Numbered from the stretch's first letter, positions 1 through 27,479 are shown. The stretch: DNA of 64,000 bases from the human T2T-CHM13v2.0 reference genome, Homo sapiens (GCF_009914755.1 NC_060931.1); one strand, 5' to 3'. Notes: a model not told the origin generated them from the letters alone. Program-made: numbers and translations.

Positions 1-365
<365 letters not shown>

Positions 366-1148
366 AAAATCTGATATTGATAGTGATTTTTTCTCATAGT
401 TTACTTGCTGACCTTTGTTTTTTTTTTTTATATAATGTTTTTATTTTTACTTTATATAATGATGTATTGTGCATACTCCATACCAGGCATAAAATACCAA
501 GGATTTTATTTGCATATATATAAGATGATATATATATAACAGATACGCTAAATTATATATACATCTATATATAAAATTGTATTCAGTTCTCAAACCACTC
601 TGGCAAGCTGGTAGTATTCCTGTTTTGCTAGTGAGAAAACAGGTTGAATGTGACTTGCGGTGCGTTGATGGATTATAGACATAAGAAGCACATGGACGCT
701 GGTCCGTCATGTCAAAATCCCAGATGGCAGCAAGCTGCTAATATTGACAGGTTCTAGGATTCAGGTTTCCTTTTTGCTGAGGAGCAAATGCTGAATGTTA
801 GTCTTATGCCCTGTGGGTCTGCATATTTAACAGCAGTTATCAGGCCTTGGCTAATTTTGTTTATACAAAATGCTTTCAAACTTCATAGGTAATCTCCCTG
901 CCCGCCCCACCAAACACACACAAGGCCTCATTTCTTTACCAGCGTGTTGTAGGATGGACCGCATCAGCAGTTGCCTCTGCAGCATTTCACCCTGGCTTGT
1001 GTGTGGAGGTTGGGAGGGGCCAACCTGTGCTGAGGAGGACTCAGGAGAACTGGGGACACAGCAAAGCCCTTAGGATGGATACTATCTTTCTTATCTTTTG
1101 GGTCCCTTTGGCATTTCAATAACAGTATCTGTGTTCTCTGGAGCTTCC

Positions 1149-1641
1149 TTTAAAGAACCTTAGGATCCATTTCTTCACGTGAGGAGGAATCAGGGTGCTG
1201 ACCCCTGGACACTTAAAGAACCTTAGGACCCATTTCTTCACATGAGGAGGAATCAGGGTGCTGACCCCTGGGACACTTAAAGAACCTTAGGACCCATTTC
1301 TTCACATGAGGAGGAATCAGGGTCTTGACCCCTGGACACTTAACCTTAGGACCCATTTCTTCACATGAGGAGGAATCAGGGTGCTGCCCCCTGGACACTT
1401 AAAGAACCTTAGGACCCATTTCTTCACATGAGGAATCAGGGTGCTGCCCCCTGGACACTTAAAGAACCTTAGGACCCATTTCTTCACGAGGAGGAATCAG
1501 GGTGCTGCCCCCTGGACACTTGAAGAACCTTAGGACCCATTTCTTCACATAAGGAGGAATCAGGGTCTTGACCCCTGGACACTTTAAGAACCTTAGGACC
1601 CATTTCTTCACACGAGGAATCATGGTGCTGACCCCTGGACA
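1149..1641. repeat. Minisatellite/VNTR, 8 copies of a ~59-64 bp unit (TTAAAGAACCTTAGGACCCATTTCTTCACATGAGGAGGAATCAGGGTGCTGACCCCTGGACAC)
   Basis: Units start at about 1149, 1213, 1277, 1340, 1399, 1459, 1520 and 1583; near-identical with small indels and no unique spacers. Confidence 0.97.
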
Positions 1642-1982
1642 TCTGGTGCCCCTGACAGTGCCCCCACAGTAGCAACAATAGCAGATGACAGTCAGTTATT
1701 TAGAAATGGGCAGGAGCAGCCCTGGTTTTGGCCATCTGCTTGCTTTGCACCCAGCAGCTACTTGCATGCATCTGAAAGCACCAGAGTGAGGGTGTGTGTG
1801 CCTCCCAGGCAGTCTTCCTGAGGCAGCTGTTCTCAACATCCATCCTCCTGGCCCCTGATCTGCAGGAACCTCCCCAACCGCCTGGCTTGTCTAGGCCTGT
1901 AGCTGGGAAGGAAGAGACGAAGACACAGGGAGAACACACCGGGACTCCACACCTGTAACCACATTCTGTTTGTTCGCCCTAG

Positions 1983-2531
1983 GAAAGATTGCTGCCTTTT
2001 CAGCAGAAGGGAAATTCCTAGGATTGGCTGTCCCCTGCCAAGCTTGGTGGAGCGTCTGCACCTTGGCTGCGCCGCCTGTGCATTTGCCAGTTTCCTCCCA
2101 CTGAGAGGATGGAGGTGTCCGCACAGCTTTGGGCCTCGTGAGGGATCTGCCTCCTGAGCAAAGAGCTCTTGATCCCGATTTCATGCACAGCCCTGCAGTA
2201 AGGAGCCCAGAAGGAACATGTGTTTCCTGTTAAAACTCCTCTTGTTCTCTTTTCTTACATTATGACGTTTGTTTTCAAGGAGAGGGTTTAAAAATGGGAT
2301 CCTGTAAGCAGACTTGGGCAGTCTCCTTTTGAAATAGGTTGTCTGTACATGTTCTAATGTTTTGTAGAACACGTGTGCCTGTTTAAGTGTATTGATGTGA
2401 ATAATATTAAATATCCTAATTATTTAATTCATTGTATTGTTTCTGAGAAGTTGGGAAATTACCATTATACATTTACAACCTAATGACTTTTGTATTTTAT
2501 TTTTCAAAATAAAAGCTTTCAATGTGAAGCA
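1983..2531 (+). other. TPST1: Non-coding terminal (3'UTR) exon, probably TPST1
   Basis: Acceptor ttctgtttgttcgccctAG (AG 1981-1982), repeat-free AU-rich sequence, AATAAA at 2508-2513. Gene identity is from recall of the TPST1 3'UTR and the neighbouring gene order, not from an alignment. Confidence 0.75.
2508..2513 (+). terminator. Polyadenylation signal AATAAA
   Basis: Canonical hexamer with an upstream U-rich tract (TTTTGTATTTTATTTTT) and downstream GT/T-rich sequence. Confidence 0.8.
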
Positions 2532-3405
2532 TTCTGGTAGTTACATGTTTTCATTAATGTGATTTCAGAGAAGCACAGACCTTATCAGATGCTGATGTGA
2601 TAAACCAAAGTTTCCTTGGTTGGCTGTATTGTAGATACTCCCCTGGAGCCATCACCTTTTTTTGGAGGGGGGTGGTGGGTAGAGGCAGGGTCTCGCTACA
2701 TTCCCCAGCCTGGGCTCAAACGATCCTTCTGCCTCAGCCTCCCAAAGTACTAAAATTACAGGTGTGAGCCACGGTGCTTGGCCTGCATTATCATTTTGTA
2801 GTGAAGTTTTCTTTTTATTTCAAGAGAGAACCTATTGCCATCCACTTTGAGAATCCTGTTCTATTTCATGCTTGCAGACTGTATTTAAGGACATGGAAGT
2901 TACTATTTCCACTTGTTTTCTAGAAGCCTTTGTTATGAAACCCAGGATGTCCAGATAGTAGTAATAATTCCCATATTGAGTGTGTTCACATATGTGCCAG
3001 CCATGAAAAGGGTGTATAACATGTTATCCCATCTCTGCCCCAAAACTTGTACCTATCCATTTAGGTCATATCCATATCAGTAATTGCAGTATTTTCTACT
3101 GTCACTTGAGCCAGAAACTGAAGAGTCACACTTGATTTCACCCTTTTCCTCCCTCTTTCCATTCGCATCCAAGATCTTTGATCCTACCTTCAACGTATTT
3201 TTTGGATCACAGCAGAATAAGAGTTTTTAGAATGCACATCTGGACAGGAGCCTCCCCGCCTGAAACATTTCAGTGGCTTCCATTTCACTTAAAAGAGTCC
3301 AGACTCCTGTCAGGGCCGGCAGGGTCCTCCTCTCCATCTCATCGCAGGCCTCTCTCCCAACCTCACCGCTTGTGCTCTAGAAGTATCTTTATTTTCAGAA
3401 CATAG

Positions 3406-5188
<1,783 letters not shown>

Positions 5189-5588
5189 CTAAGCTATTCT
5201 GCTGCCACAATGTGGCCTTACTGCTCCCTGATATACGGTGCCTTTCTCCTCCCTTGTTTCATTCTCTTCACTTTCTTCTTCCAGATGCTCGTACACCCAG
5301 TCCCCCTACCTGGGAAATCACAACCTCATTAAGAGCTCAGCTATCTTAAGTCCTATTTCCTCATGAAGTCTAACTCAACTGCTGCAACTTCCGAGTAGCA
5401 ATTAAATCAGCTCCAGCATAACCTCTTTTTTCCCTTGTCTCCTGTGTTAGTATTATGTCACTAACTTTGTGGGGACAAGGTCATATAACACTCTAGAGCA
5501 TATCAGAATGACAGAACATCTTCAGCTATAACCTACCTAGATACCAATATTTGCCCCCAAGGCAATGTTTGATTTTTATTCCCCATTA

Positions 5589-6178
5589 TGAGAAACAAAC
5601 TCACCCCTCCAAACCCAAAGAATGGACTCAGAGACCTGGAGAACAGCGAAAGTGAGACTTTTAATGATGCTCTTGTAATATTGGGTGTCTGGCAGCAGGC
5701 ACACCCAGCACAGTTTCAACAAGCAATTTATCCCCTAGTGCACAGGTGCCTCCCCCAGTTCCCCATGGGCTGTGTATTATGGGGTCACAATCTTCCCGGA
5801 CATTGCCTATTGGTCGTTGGGTAGGGGCTTTGGGTGTTTTCTTTAGGGTTGTCCTGCTGCGTTTTGTTGCAGCCCACAATGCATTGCAATCCTAGTTAGC
5901 TCAGGGGCTCTTCAGGTATTTGACTTATGACTTAAGTAGCTGGGGCAGGCTGATAAGAACAGGCAACACGAGCTATTTTGCAGCTAGTAAACTTTCATCT
6001 TAGACTAAACTTCTTTGGTTCAGGTGAGGGTAACTAAGGGGGTTGGGGGGGGGTGACAAGCAGGCATTGGCTGTCCAAGCAGGAGCCTACTGTATCCTGT
6101 TTTCTTCTGTAGTCTACTGACCTAAGTTGATTTAAGGCACTTTGTCTTGGAAATGGACCACTGTATACATTTCCTTCA
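5589..6178 (-). mobile_element. Solo ERV LTR (ERV1-like), ~590 bp
   Basis: TG...CA termini; minus strand begins TGAAGGAAATGTATACAGTGGTCC and ends ...GGTGAGTTTGTTTCTCA, with ATTAAA near the 3' end. Subfamily not assigned. Confidence 0.75.
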
Positions 6179-18040
<11,862 letters not shown>

Positions 18041-18199
18041 AGTAAATAATATAAAAACAGAAGAAATGAAGTGAGAAGCTACCATCTCCGGGGCAAAGAC
18101 AAAGGGCCAAAAATTCATTCCCACCCTCACCCCCAGCAGACAAAAAAACACCATGGGACATTAAATAAAACAGAAATCACTGAAACCACAGAGAAAAAA

Positions 18200-18205
18200 T
18201 TTATT
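18200..18205 (-). terminator. Polyadenylation signal AATAAA (minus strand)
   Basis: TTTATT on the + strand; the downstream minus-strand sequence TTTCTCTGTGGTTTCAGTGATTTCTGTTTT is GU/U-rich. Confidence 0.6.
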
Positions 18206-18399
18206 ATCAATTCGTCAGAAATCCACTCTCAAGGTTAAAAGAAGAGATGGGGTTTTCCCAAGGCACTCTGGTGTGAAGTGAAAAAAATGACAGACCAGGG
18301 AAGATTTAGTCTCCTTGATGAGGTTCACCATGGAAGATGTAAAAGCTGTATCCCGAAGAAGGGAATACAAGGCAAGAGCAAAACCAGAAAACGCAATCA

Positions 18400-21300
18400 T
18401 CAGGCAAAAGCGAGGCCTTGAGTGACCACTATGAGGCAGAAGATGGGCGTGAAGAGACAATCCTGAGACAGGGGCTGGTGTAAGAGAGGGCCCAAAAGAG
18501 GCCAGTATGGGGCAGGGGCCACGCCCCTCAGGGCCTACGCCGGGCAGGAGGTGGGCCTGGCGAGGCCTACTTTGGGACGCTTTGGGCCACTTTGGGCCAC
18601 ATCGAGGAAGGCAGCTTGGGGCCGGGAGGCGCCGTCAGGCTGGGTGGGAGCTGGGCCCGGAGAGGCCACCGCGAGGCATGAGCTGGGCCCAGAGGGGCCA
18701 GCGTGAGGCAGGAGCCGGGCTGGTGGAGGCTGCCGGGAGGCCGGCAAGAGCGTGGCAGGGGAAGGCCGCCGGGAGGCGGGAGCTGGGCCTGGAAAGGCTG
18801 CTGCGAGGTGAGGCAAGGTGAGGGGAGGCGAGGCGAGGCAAGACGCGGCCCTGGAGAGCTGGACTGGAGGAGGCTTCGGGCCTACGAAGGCCGCCGGGAG
18901 CTGGGCAGGAGCCGAGTCGAAGGAGGCTGTTTGGAGACGGGAGCTGGGCCCACGGGCGCAGACGCGAGCAAAGAGCTGGGCCCGGAGAGGAGGCCGGGAG
19001 GCAGCCACTGGACCGGGGGAGGCCGACTTGAGGAAGTTCTGGGCCTGGAGAGGCCACCACAAGGGAAAAGCTGGGCCTCAAGAGGCCGCAGCGAGGCACG
19101 AGCCGGGCCTAGAGAGGCCTTCGGGACGCAGGAGCTGGGCTTGTGGCGCCTGCCGGCAGGCAGGAGCCTGGCCTGGGGAGGCCGCGGCCGGGCACGAGAT
19201 GAGCCTCCTCAAGAGGCCCCCGGCAGGCGGGAGCCGGGCCTGCCGGGGCTGCCGTGAGGCAGACGGAAACGTGGCCTGGGGAGGCCGACGTGAGGCCGCA
19301 GCTGGGCCGGGAGAGGCCGCTGGCAGGCAGGAGCCGGGTCTCTCAGGGCCGCCGGGAAGCCGAAGGTGGGTCCGGGAGGCCTGAACGCAGGGAAGCCTGG
19401 GGCCTACAACGGCTGCCAGGAGCTGGGCAGGAGCTGGGCCGAACGTGGTTGTCGTGAGGCAGGAGCTGGGCCCGTGGAGGTGGCCGGGAGAGCTGGGCCT
19501 GGAGAGGCCGACGGGAACCAGTTCTGGGCCTGGAGAGGAGGCCGAGGGGCAGGAGCCGGGCCTGGAGCGGCCGCCAACAGGCAAGAACTGGGCCTGAGGT
19601 GGCCAGGCTGAGGCAAGAGCCCGGCCCCCATGGGCCACTGTGCGGGAGAAGCTATGGTTGTTCGGGCATCCAACACACATGCGCTGTTCCTGGCGAGGCT
19701 TATTTCAGGACGATTTGGGCCTGCAGAAGCCATTATCAGGAGGCAGTAGCCTGGCCTATAGAGGCTGCGAAAATTTAAATTCTTGACCTGCAGAGGCCAT
19801 GATCACGTAACATCTAGGCCTGGAGGGTCCACTGTCAGGCAGCGGCGCATCCTGAAGGGGCCTACAACAGGCAGGATCTCGGCCTGTGGAGAGGCATCCC
19901 CTGATCCTAAAGAGGCCAGTGTGAGTGATCACATGGCCCACAGAAGCAAGTGTCAGGCCAGATCGTCGCTTGGAGAGTCTGAGAAAGGCATGAGATGGAC
20001 CTAAACAGACCATTGCGATTCAGCACCTGGGCCTATAGAGGCCAGTGTGAGGCAGGAGCTTGACCTGGAGAGGCTGGAAGACGTATGAGCTTGTCCTAAA
20101 CTGTCCAGTGTGAAGGAAGAGTTTGGTCTGTCAAGGCCGTCGGGTAACAGGCTGTAACGTGGACTGGGAAAGCAACTGTGAGGCAAGGGCTGGGCCTCGG
20201 GAGGCTGGGGGAAGGCAAGACCTGGGCCTGGGGAAGCCATCGTCAGGCAGTAGCTGGGCCTGTGAAGGCCCCTGGGCAGCATGATCTGGGCCTGGAACGC
20301 TTGACTTGAGGAAGCTTTAGGCCTACAAAGGCCGCCAGGTGCTGGGCAGGAGCCGAGCCAAAATAGGTTGTTTTGAGTCAGGAGATGGGACTGTAGACCC
20401 AGCTGGGAGGAAGAACTGGGCCTGGAGAAGGCACAGGGAGGCAGCAACTTCACCTTGCGAAGCCGAACTGAGGAATTTCTGGGCCTGGAGAAGCCACCAA
20501 AGGGAAAAGCTGGGCGTGGATAGGCCGTTTTGAGGAATGAGCTGGGCTTCAAGAGGCAATGAGATGCATGAGCTGGGCCTCTAAAGGCTGCCAAAAGGCA
20601 GGAGCTTCATCTGGGGTGGCCACCTTGAGGGATGAGATGAGCCTAACCAGGCCATTAGAGGCAGGAGCTGGGCCTATCGGATCCTGCCATGAGGCAGGCA
20701 GAAACTTGGTGTGGGAAGGCCGGCATAAAGCAAGAGTTGGGTCCATCAAGGATGCCACAATGCAGGCAGAAACCTGGCGTTGGGAAGCTGCCATGAGGCA
20801 AGAGCTGGTCCTGTCAAAGCCGCTGGGAGGCCAAAGGTGGGCCTAGCAAAGTTGACTTTAAGAAGTCTGGGGCATATAGAGGCCACCAGGTGCTGGGCAG
20901 GAGCTGGGCCAAAAGAGGGTGTTGTGAGGCAGCAGTTGGGCCTGTAGACACAGCCAGGAAGAAGAGCTGGGAATGGAGTGGCTGATCTGAGTACATTGTG
21001 GGCCTGGAGGGTATGCCAACAGGCAAAAGCTGGGCCAGGAAAGGCTGCCGTAAGGCATGAGCCTGGCCTAAAGAGTCCATTGGGAAGCAGGAGTTGGACC
21101 TGTATACACCGCCAGGAGGAAGAGCTGGGCCTGAAGAAGCCACCATACAGCAGAGGCTGGGTTTATAGAGGCCGACAGGAGGCAGGAGCTCAGCCAGGAC
21201 GCAGGAGCTCAGCCAGGACAGGCTGACTGGAGGACATTTGGGTGCGCAGAAGCCACTCAGAGGCAGGAGCTGGGCTTTGAGAGGCTGCAAGAGGCAGGAC

Positions 21301-21720
21301 CTGCCCAAACGAGGCCACTGTGGAGGAGGAGCTGACCTGTCACCACTGCCTGAAGACAGGGAGAAACGACCTGGAGAAGCCTCCGTGAGGTAAGAGCTTG
21401 GCCTGGAGAGGTCCCTCAGAGCCCGATGAGCTGGGCCTGTAGAGACCATTGTCAGGTTGGAGCTGGGCGTGTCCAGGCCAGTGGGAGGCAGAAGGTGGGC
21501 CTAGAGAGCTTGAATTGAGGAATTTTCATGCCGACAGTGGCTGCCGTGAGCTGGACAGGAGCTGGGCAGAAGAGTTTATTTGAGGGAAGTGTTGGGCCTG
21601 TAGACGGAACCAGGAGGAGGAGCTTGACCTGCAGAGGCCATCATGAGGCAGAGGCTTGGCCTCTATAGGCCAACGGGAGACAGGAATTGGGCCAGGAGCA
21701 GCTCACTTGAAGATAATATT
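18400..21720. repeat. GC-rich degenerate tandem array, ~30-36 bp unit (GAGGCC..GAGGCAGGAGCTGGGCCTG) with higher-order structure; left part is CpG-island-like
   Basis: GCAGGAGCTGGGCC-like motif recurs throughout. Marker GCTGGGCAGGAGC(C/T)G at about 18900, 19422, 20341, 20892 and 21550. Confidence 0.92.
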
Positions 21721-21724
21721 GGAG

Positions 21725-22690
21725 AAAGTGACAGAGCATCAGGCATTAGATTCTCATAGGGACAGCGCAACGTAGATCCCTCACATGCATGGTTCACAAT
21801 GGGGTGCATGCTCCTATGAGAATCTAATGCTGCTGCTGATCTGAGAGAAGGCAGAGCTCAGGCAGGAATGTGAGCAATGGGGAGTGGCTGTAAACACAGA
21901 TGAAGCTTCCCTCATTCAACACCATTCACCTCCGGCTGTGTGGCTCCTTACAGTTCCATGGCTCCGGCGTTGGGGACCCTGCCCAAGTACATCCAGAAGG
22001 ACCCTTCCACACCAGTCTTCATAGTGGTCAAGTGCAGCAGCCACTTAGCTCCCAAGGCATATGCCACAGCTGGCATTTCATCACAATCAACACTAAGTGG
22101 TAGCTTGAGTCATTGTGAGGTCACTTCCTGGAAATCAACAGCATCCCATTTCCCATTGCAAGGAGCTCAGCACGGCCCCTAAGATAACCAAACTGATCCC
22201 CAAATCCCATCTGTGTGGGTCTGTCTCCTGGGACCCTTCCCAGCATCAACTCTGTATTAGTCAGGGTCCAATCAGGAGACATAAACCACTCAAAAGCCCA
22301 AAGTGCTAAAATTTAATATAGATAATTATTCATTATAACAGGGGAACAGCATGAGAGATTGGCTAGCACAAAGTAAAGAGAATTCTAGAGAATATAGGAC
22401 TAGCCAAAGTAAGGCATGGTGGCTCATGCCAGTAATTTAAGAAGCCAATGCAGGAGGATTGCTTGAGGCCAGGAGGTAGAGACCAGCCTGGGCAACACCC
22501 TGTCTCTATCCAAAAAAAGAAAAAAATTAGCTGGGTGTGGTGGTGCATACTCATAATCCCAGCTACTCGGGAAGCTGAAGTAGGAGGGTAGTTTGAGCCT
22601 GTGAGGTCAAGGCTACAGTGAGTCATGATTATGGCACTATAGTCAAGCCTGGGTGACAAAGCAAGACCCTGTCTCAAAGAACAAAACAAC
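21725..22690. repeat. Duplicated module copy 1 (5'-truncated MER1A + unique segment + LTR start + AluJ)
   Basis: Collinear with 33130-34560 and 40396-41647. Confidence 0.9.
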
Positions 22691-22924
22691 TATTTACACA
22701 CAGAAAAGAAATAGGGCTAATAATGTATAAGATGTTGAAATGTGACAAATAAAGTAATAATAAAATCATAAAACAAAAAATAACTTATTAAATTATAATA
22801 CCCTGTGCTGGCAAAGATGCAGTGAAATGGGCACTTTCTTATACAATGAGGGGTGTTTAAATTGTATGTAAGCCTTTCACGGTAAAGCTTCCAATTGTTT
22901 ATTTATTTATTTATTTATTTTTGA

Positions 22925-23032
<108 letters not shown>

Positions 23033-23523
23033 TAGCTGGGATCACATGTGTGTGCCACCACACCCAGCTAATTTTGTATTTTTAGTAGAGACAGGGTTTC
23101 TCCATGTTGGTCAGGCTGGTTATCGCAAGCCAGAACTCAGGTGATCCACCCACCTCAGCCTCCCAAAGTGTTGGGATTACAGGCGTGAGCCACCACACCT
23201 GACCAGCAATTTTTTTAATAATAGAGACACTGTCTCACCCTACTGTCTCCTCCAAATCCTGGGGTCAAGCAATCCTCCTGCCTTGGCCTCCCAAAGTGCT
23301 GGGATTATACCTGCGAGGCACCCAAAACCTTGTCAATTTACATCAAGGACAATGAGAATGTCCATTCACCATGACTCACTGTAATCTTTCTTCTGGAAAT
23401 ACCTTGCAAGAAAACTGAACCTAAACAAAAGGTCATCTGCACAAACACAGTGAAAATCTGGTAGTAACTGAAGACAGAGTGGTTAAGTGAAATAAGAAAC
23501 AGTTATAAGAAATTAAACTATCT

Positions 23524-23793
23524 GGCCGGGCGCGGTGGCTCACGCTTGTAATCCCAGCACTTTGGGAGGCCGAGGCGGGTGGATCACGAGGTCAGGAGAT
23601 CGAGACCACGGTGAAACCCCGTCCCTACTAAAAATAAAAAAAAATTAGCCGGGCGTGGTGGCGGGCGCCTGTAGTCCCAGCTACTCGGAGAGGCTGAGGC
23701 AGGAGAATGGCGTGAACCCAGGAGGCGGAGCTTGCAGTGAGCCGAGACTGCGCCACTGCACTCCAGCCTGGGTGACAGAGCGAGACTCCGTCT

Positions 23794-23825
<32 letters not shown>
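23524..23825 (+). mobile_element. Young AluY with the 12-bp left-monomer deletion (AluYd-like), 17-bp TSD
   Basis: GAGACCACGGTGAAACC lacks TCCTGGCTAACA; most CpGs intact; A31 tail; TSD AAGAAATTAAACTATCT at 23507-23523 and 23824-23840. Confidence 0.9.
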
Positions 23826-23827
<2 letters not shown>

Positions 23828-24934
23828 AATTAAACTATCTATGGTATTTATAGGCACCTGGTAGAAGGACAGTTAATGTTAGCTGCTACTTTTTTGTTGT
23901 TTTGAGATGGGGTCACTCTGTCACTCAGGCTGGAGTGCAGAGGCCTGATCATGACTCACTGCAGTCTAAGCCTCCCTGGGCTCAAGTGATCCTCCCACCT
24001 CAGCCTCCCAAGTAGCTGGGACTACAAGAACATGCCACCACACTAGGCTAATTCATGTATATTTCTGTAGGGATGGTGATTCCCTTGATTTCTGAGACCT
24101 GTCTCAAACTCTTGGCCTTGAGCCATCCTCCTGCTTCAACCTCCCAAAGTGTTGTGATTACCGGTGTGAGCCACCACACCTGGTCAGCTGCTTTTATATT
24201 ATACCACTAAATTCAAAATTATTTGTCATTAAAAATTACTATTTTCAAGGCTATGGAACAATATGTGTCGTACAGCATAAGTGTAAAAACATATATGGTC
24301 GTCCGTCAGTATACAGAAAGGATTCGTTCCAGCCCCCCATCTCTGCATATACCAAAATCCATGCATACTCACGTTTCGCAGTCAGCCCTTTGGAACCCAT
24401 GTATAGGAAAAGTCCAAATTATTAGTTGGGCATTGTGGCAAGCACGTACAGTCTCAGCCACCTGGGAGGCTGAGGTGGGAGGACTGCTTGAGCCTGAGAG
24501 GTTGAGGATGCAGTCAGCTGTGATAGCACTACCGCACTCCAGCCTGGACAACAGAGCAAGACCCTGTCTCAGGAAAAAAAAAAAAAAAAAAAAAAAGGTT
24601 AGAAATTGTAATGATGTCTGTTGGGCAAAATTCCATGTAAGCAAAGTATAAATTAATGGAGCAATTGGTGATAAATCACTACGATTGACTTTCTGGAGTT
24701 TCTGACAATAAGGGTAAGAAAAATGCAAAACAAAGAGACAGAGGGTAAAAAAACAAATTAGGGAAGGATTCTACATGTTTAATAGGATGACACTGGCCAT
24801 GTTCGTGCAGCAGCAGTATGTCACAATATGACATACCTTGGAGAGAAGTTAGCAGATGAGGAAGTTGACAAAAATGATGAGAGATGCAAAATACTGATAG
24901 CGATAGTCAAGTAAACCATGAAGAATTTCCATAA

Positions 24935-25314
<380 letters not shown>

Positions 25315-26098
25315 TGACCTCGCAATCCACCCACCTCGGCCTCCCAAAGTGCTGGGATTACAGGCGTGAGCCACCGCGCCCGGCCTATTATTCTGTTTTT
25401 CTACTTTATCTTCTGGCCATCATCCCACAGCCTTAATTTGGAAATTTGTTTTTTAGAAAATCGAACAAGTGCTTGTTGTGGTGGCTCATACCTCTAGGAT
25501 GGGAGGCAGGGGTAGAAGGGTCACTTGAGGCCAGGAGTTTGACACCAGCCTGGCCAACAAAGTGAGACCCCATGTCTACAAAACAATTTAAAGAATAGCC
25601 AGGTGTCATCATATATAACTACAGTCCCAGCTACTCAGGAGGCTGAGGCAGGAGGAGCCTTAGCCTAGGAGTTCAAGGCTACAGTGAGCTGTGATTGCAC
25701 CACTGTACTCCAGCCTGGGTTGCAGAGGAGACCCCATCTTCTAAAACAAAACAAAACAAAAAAAGGAAAGAAAATAGGTAAAGTAGCAAGTTGTACGTGG
25801 CTTACTCTGAATATGTCTAAACTACATGTTCCCAATCTTTTTGGGTCTAGCATCCCTTTACATTTTTTAACTCTATTGAAGATCTCTTAAGCCTTTTTCT
25901 TTATATAAATAATTATATTAAAATTAGAAAATAAGACAAATTTTAAAATATTATTCATTACATATTAATAATAAAACCATTTCATGTTGATATAGTACAG
26001 GACAAATTTTTAAAATATACATTCATTACACATGAATAATAAAACCATTACAAGTTGACGTAAGTAGTACTTTTTTTTGGGGGGGAAACAAAGTCTGA

Positions 26099-26377
<279 letters not shown>

Positions 26378-26379
26378 TG

Positions 26380-26719
<340 letters not shown>

Positions 26720-27479
26720 TAGTAGAGATAGGGTTTCACCGTGTTAGCCAGGATGGTCTAGATCTCCTGACCTCGTGATCCGCCCGCCTCGGCCTCCCAA
26801 CAGATTCATATATTTTTTAAAACACTGATTAGTCAGGCAGCAATACTGGGCAGGGGTCTCTTCATTCCCAGCAATGCAAATCCCACTGCACGGCTCCGGG
26901 GTTGCAAGGGCTACAAAGCCTAAAGGCTCTAACTTATGATTTCATTACTTAATTTGTATTGTGACAGGGTCCTGCTCTGTCGCCCAGGCTGGAGAGCACT
27001 TGTGCACTTATAGCTCACTGAAGCCTCGACCTTCTGAATTTAAGCCATCTTCCTGCCTCAGCTCCCCACTGGCTGGTACCACAGTTGAGTGCCACCATAC
27101 CTGGCTATTTTTTAAATTTTTTTTGTAGAGTGAGGGGTCTTGCTATGTTGCCCAAGCTGGCCTCAAACACCTGACCTCAAAAGATCTGCCCACCTCAGCC
27201 TCCTGAGTAGCTGGGACTACAAGTACACATCAGCATGCCTAGCTACATTTCGTTTTACTAAATTTTGAAAAATATATTTATTGAGAGGAGGTCTTGCTAT
27301 GTTGCCCAGGCTGGTCTCGAACTACTGCCCTTAAAAGATACTCCCATCTCTGCCTCCCAAACAGCTGGGACTACAGGCATGAGCCACTGCACTGAGCCTG
27401 AAGATATTTCTTTAATCTAGTATCCCATACTTAATAGGACTGGGAAAGACAGTAGTGTTTTTTAAAATTACTTAATAAT

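Larger units (their letters stand above)
18180..22127 (-). ncRNA. LINC00174: Probable ~3.9-kb terminal exon of a LINC00174-family lncRNA
   Basis: Minus-strand acceptor gatgctgttgatttccAG|GAAGTGACC (AG = 22129-22128). Minus-strand AATAAA at 18205-18200 followed by a GU/U-rich tract. Contains the GC-rich array whose frames resemble the 'FLJ44672-like' uncharacterized predictions. Identity is from recall. Confidence 0.6.

Noticed and set aside
1149-1641. CRISPR-like regularly spaced repeats
   Set aside because: Whole units are repeated with no unique spacers and there are no cas genes; this is a eukaryotic VNTR.
18507-21449. Many long overlapping ORFs (up to 211 aa) on both strands
   Set aside because: Expected by-product of a stop-poor GC-rich repeat. 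The frames are low complexity, have no recognisable domain and are not conserved between repeat blocks.
18400-21720. Assigning the GC-rich array to a named satellite (REP522, TAR1 or SVA VNTR)
   Set aside because: I cannot match it to those consensus sequences by eye, and it lacks SVA hexamer and SINE-R parts; left unnamed.
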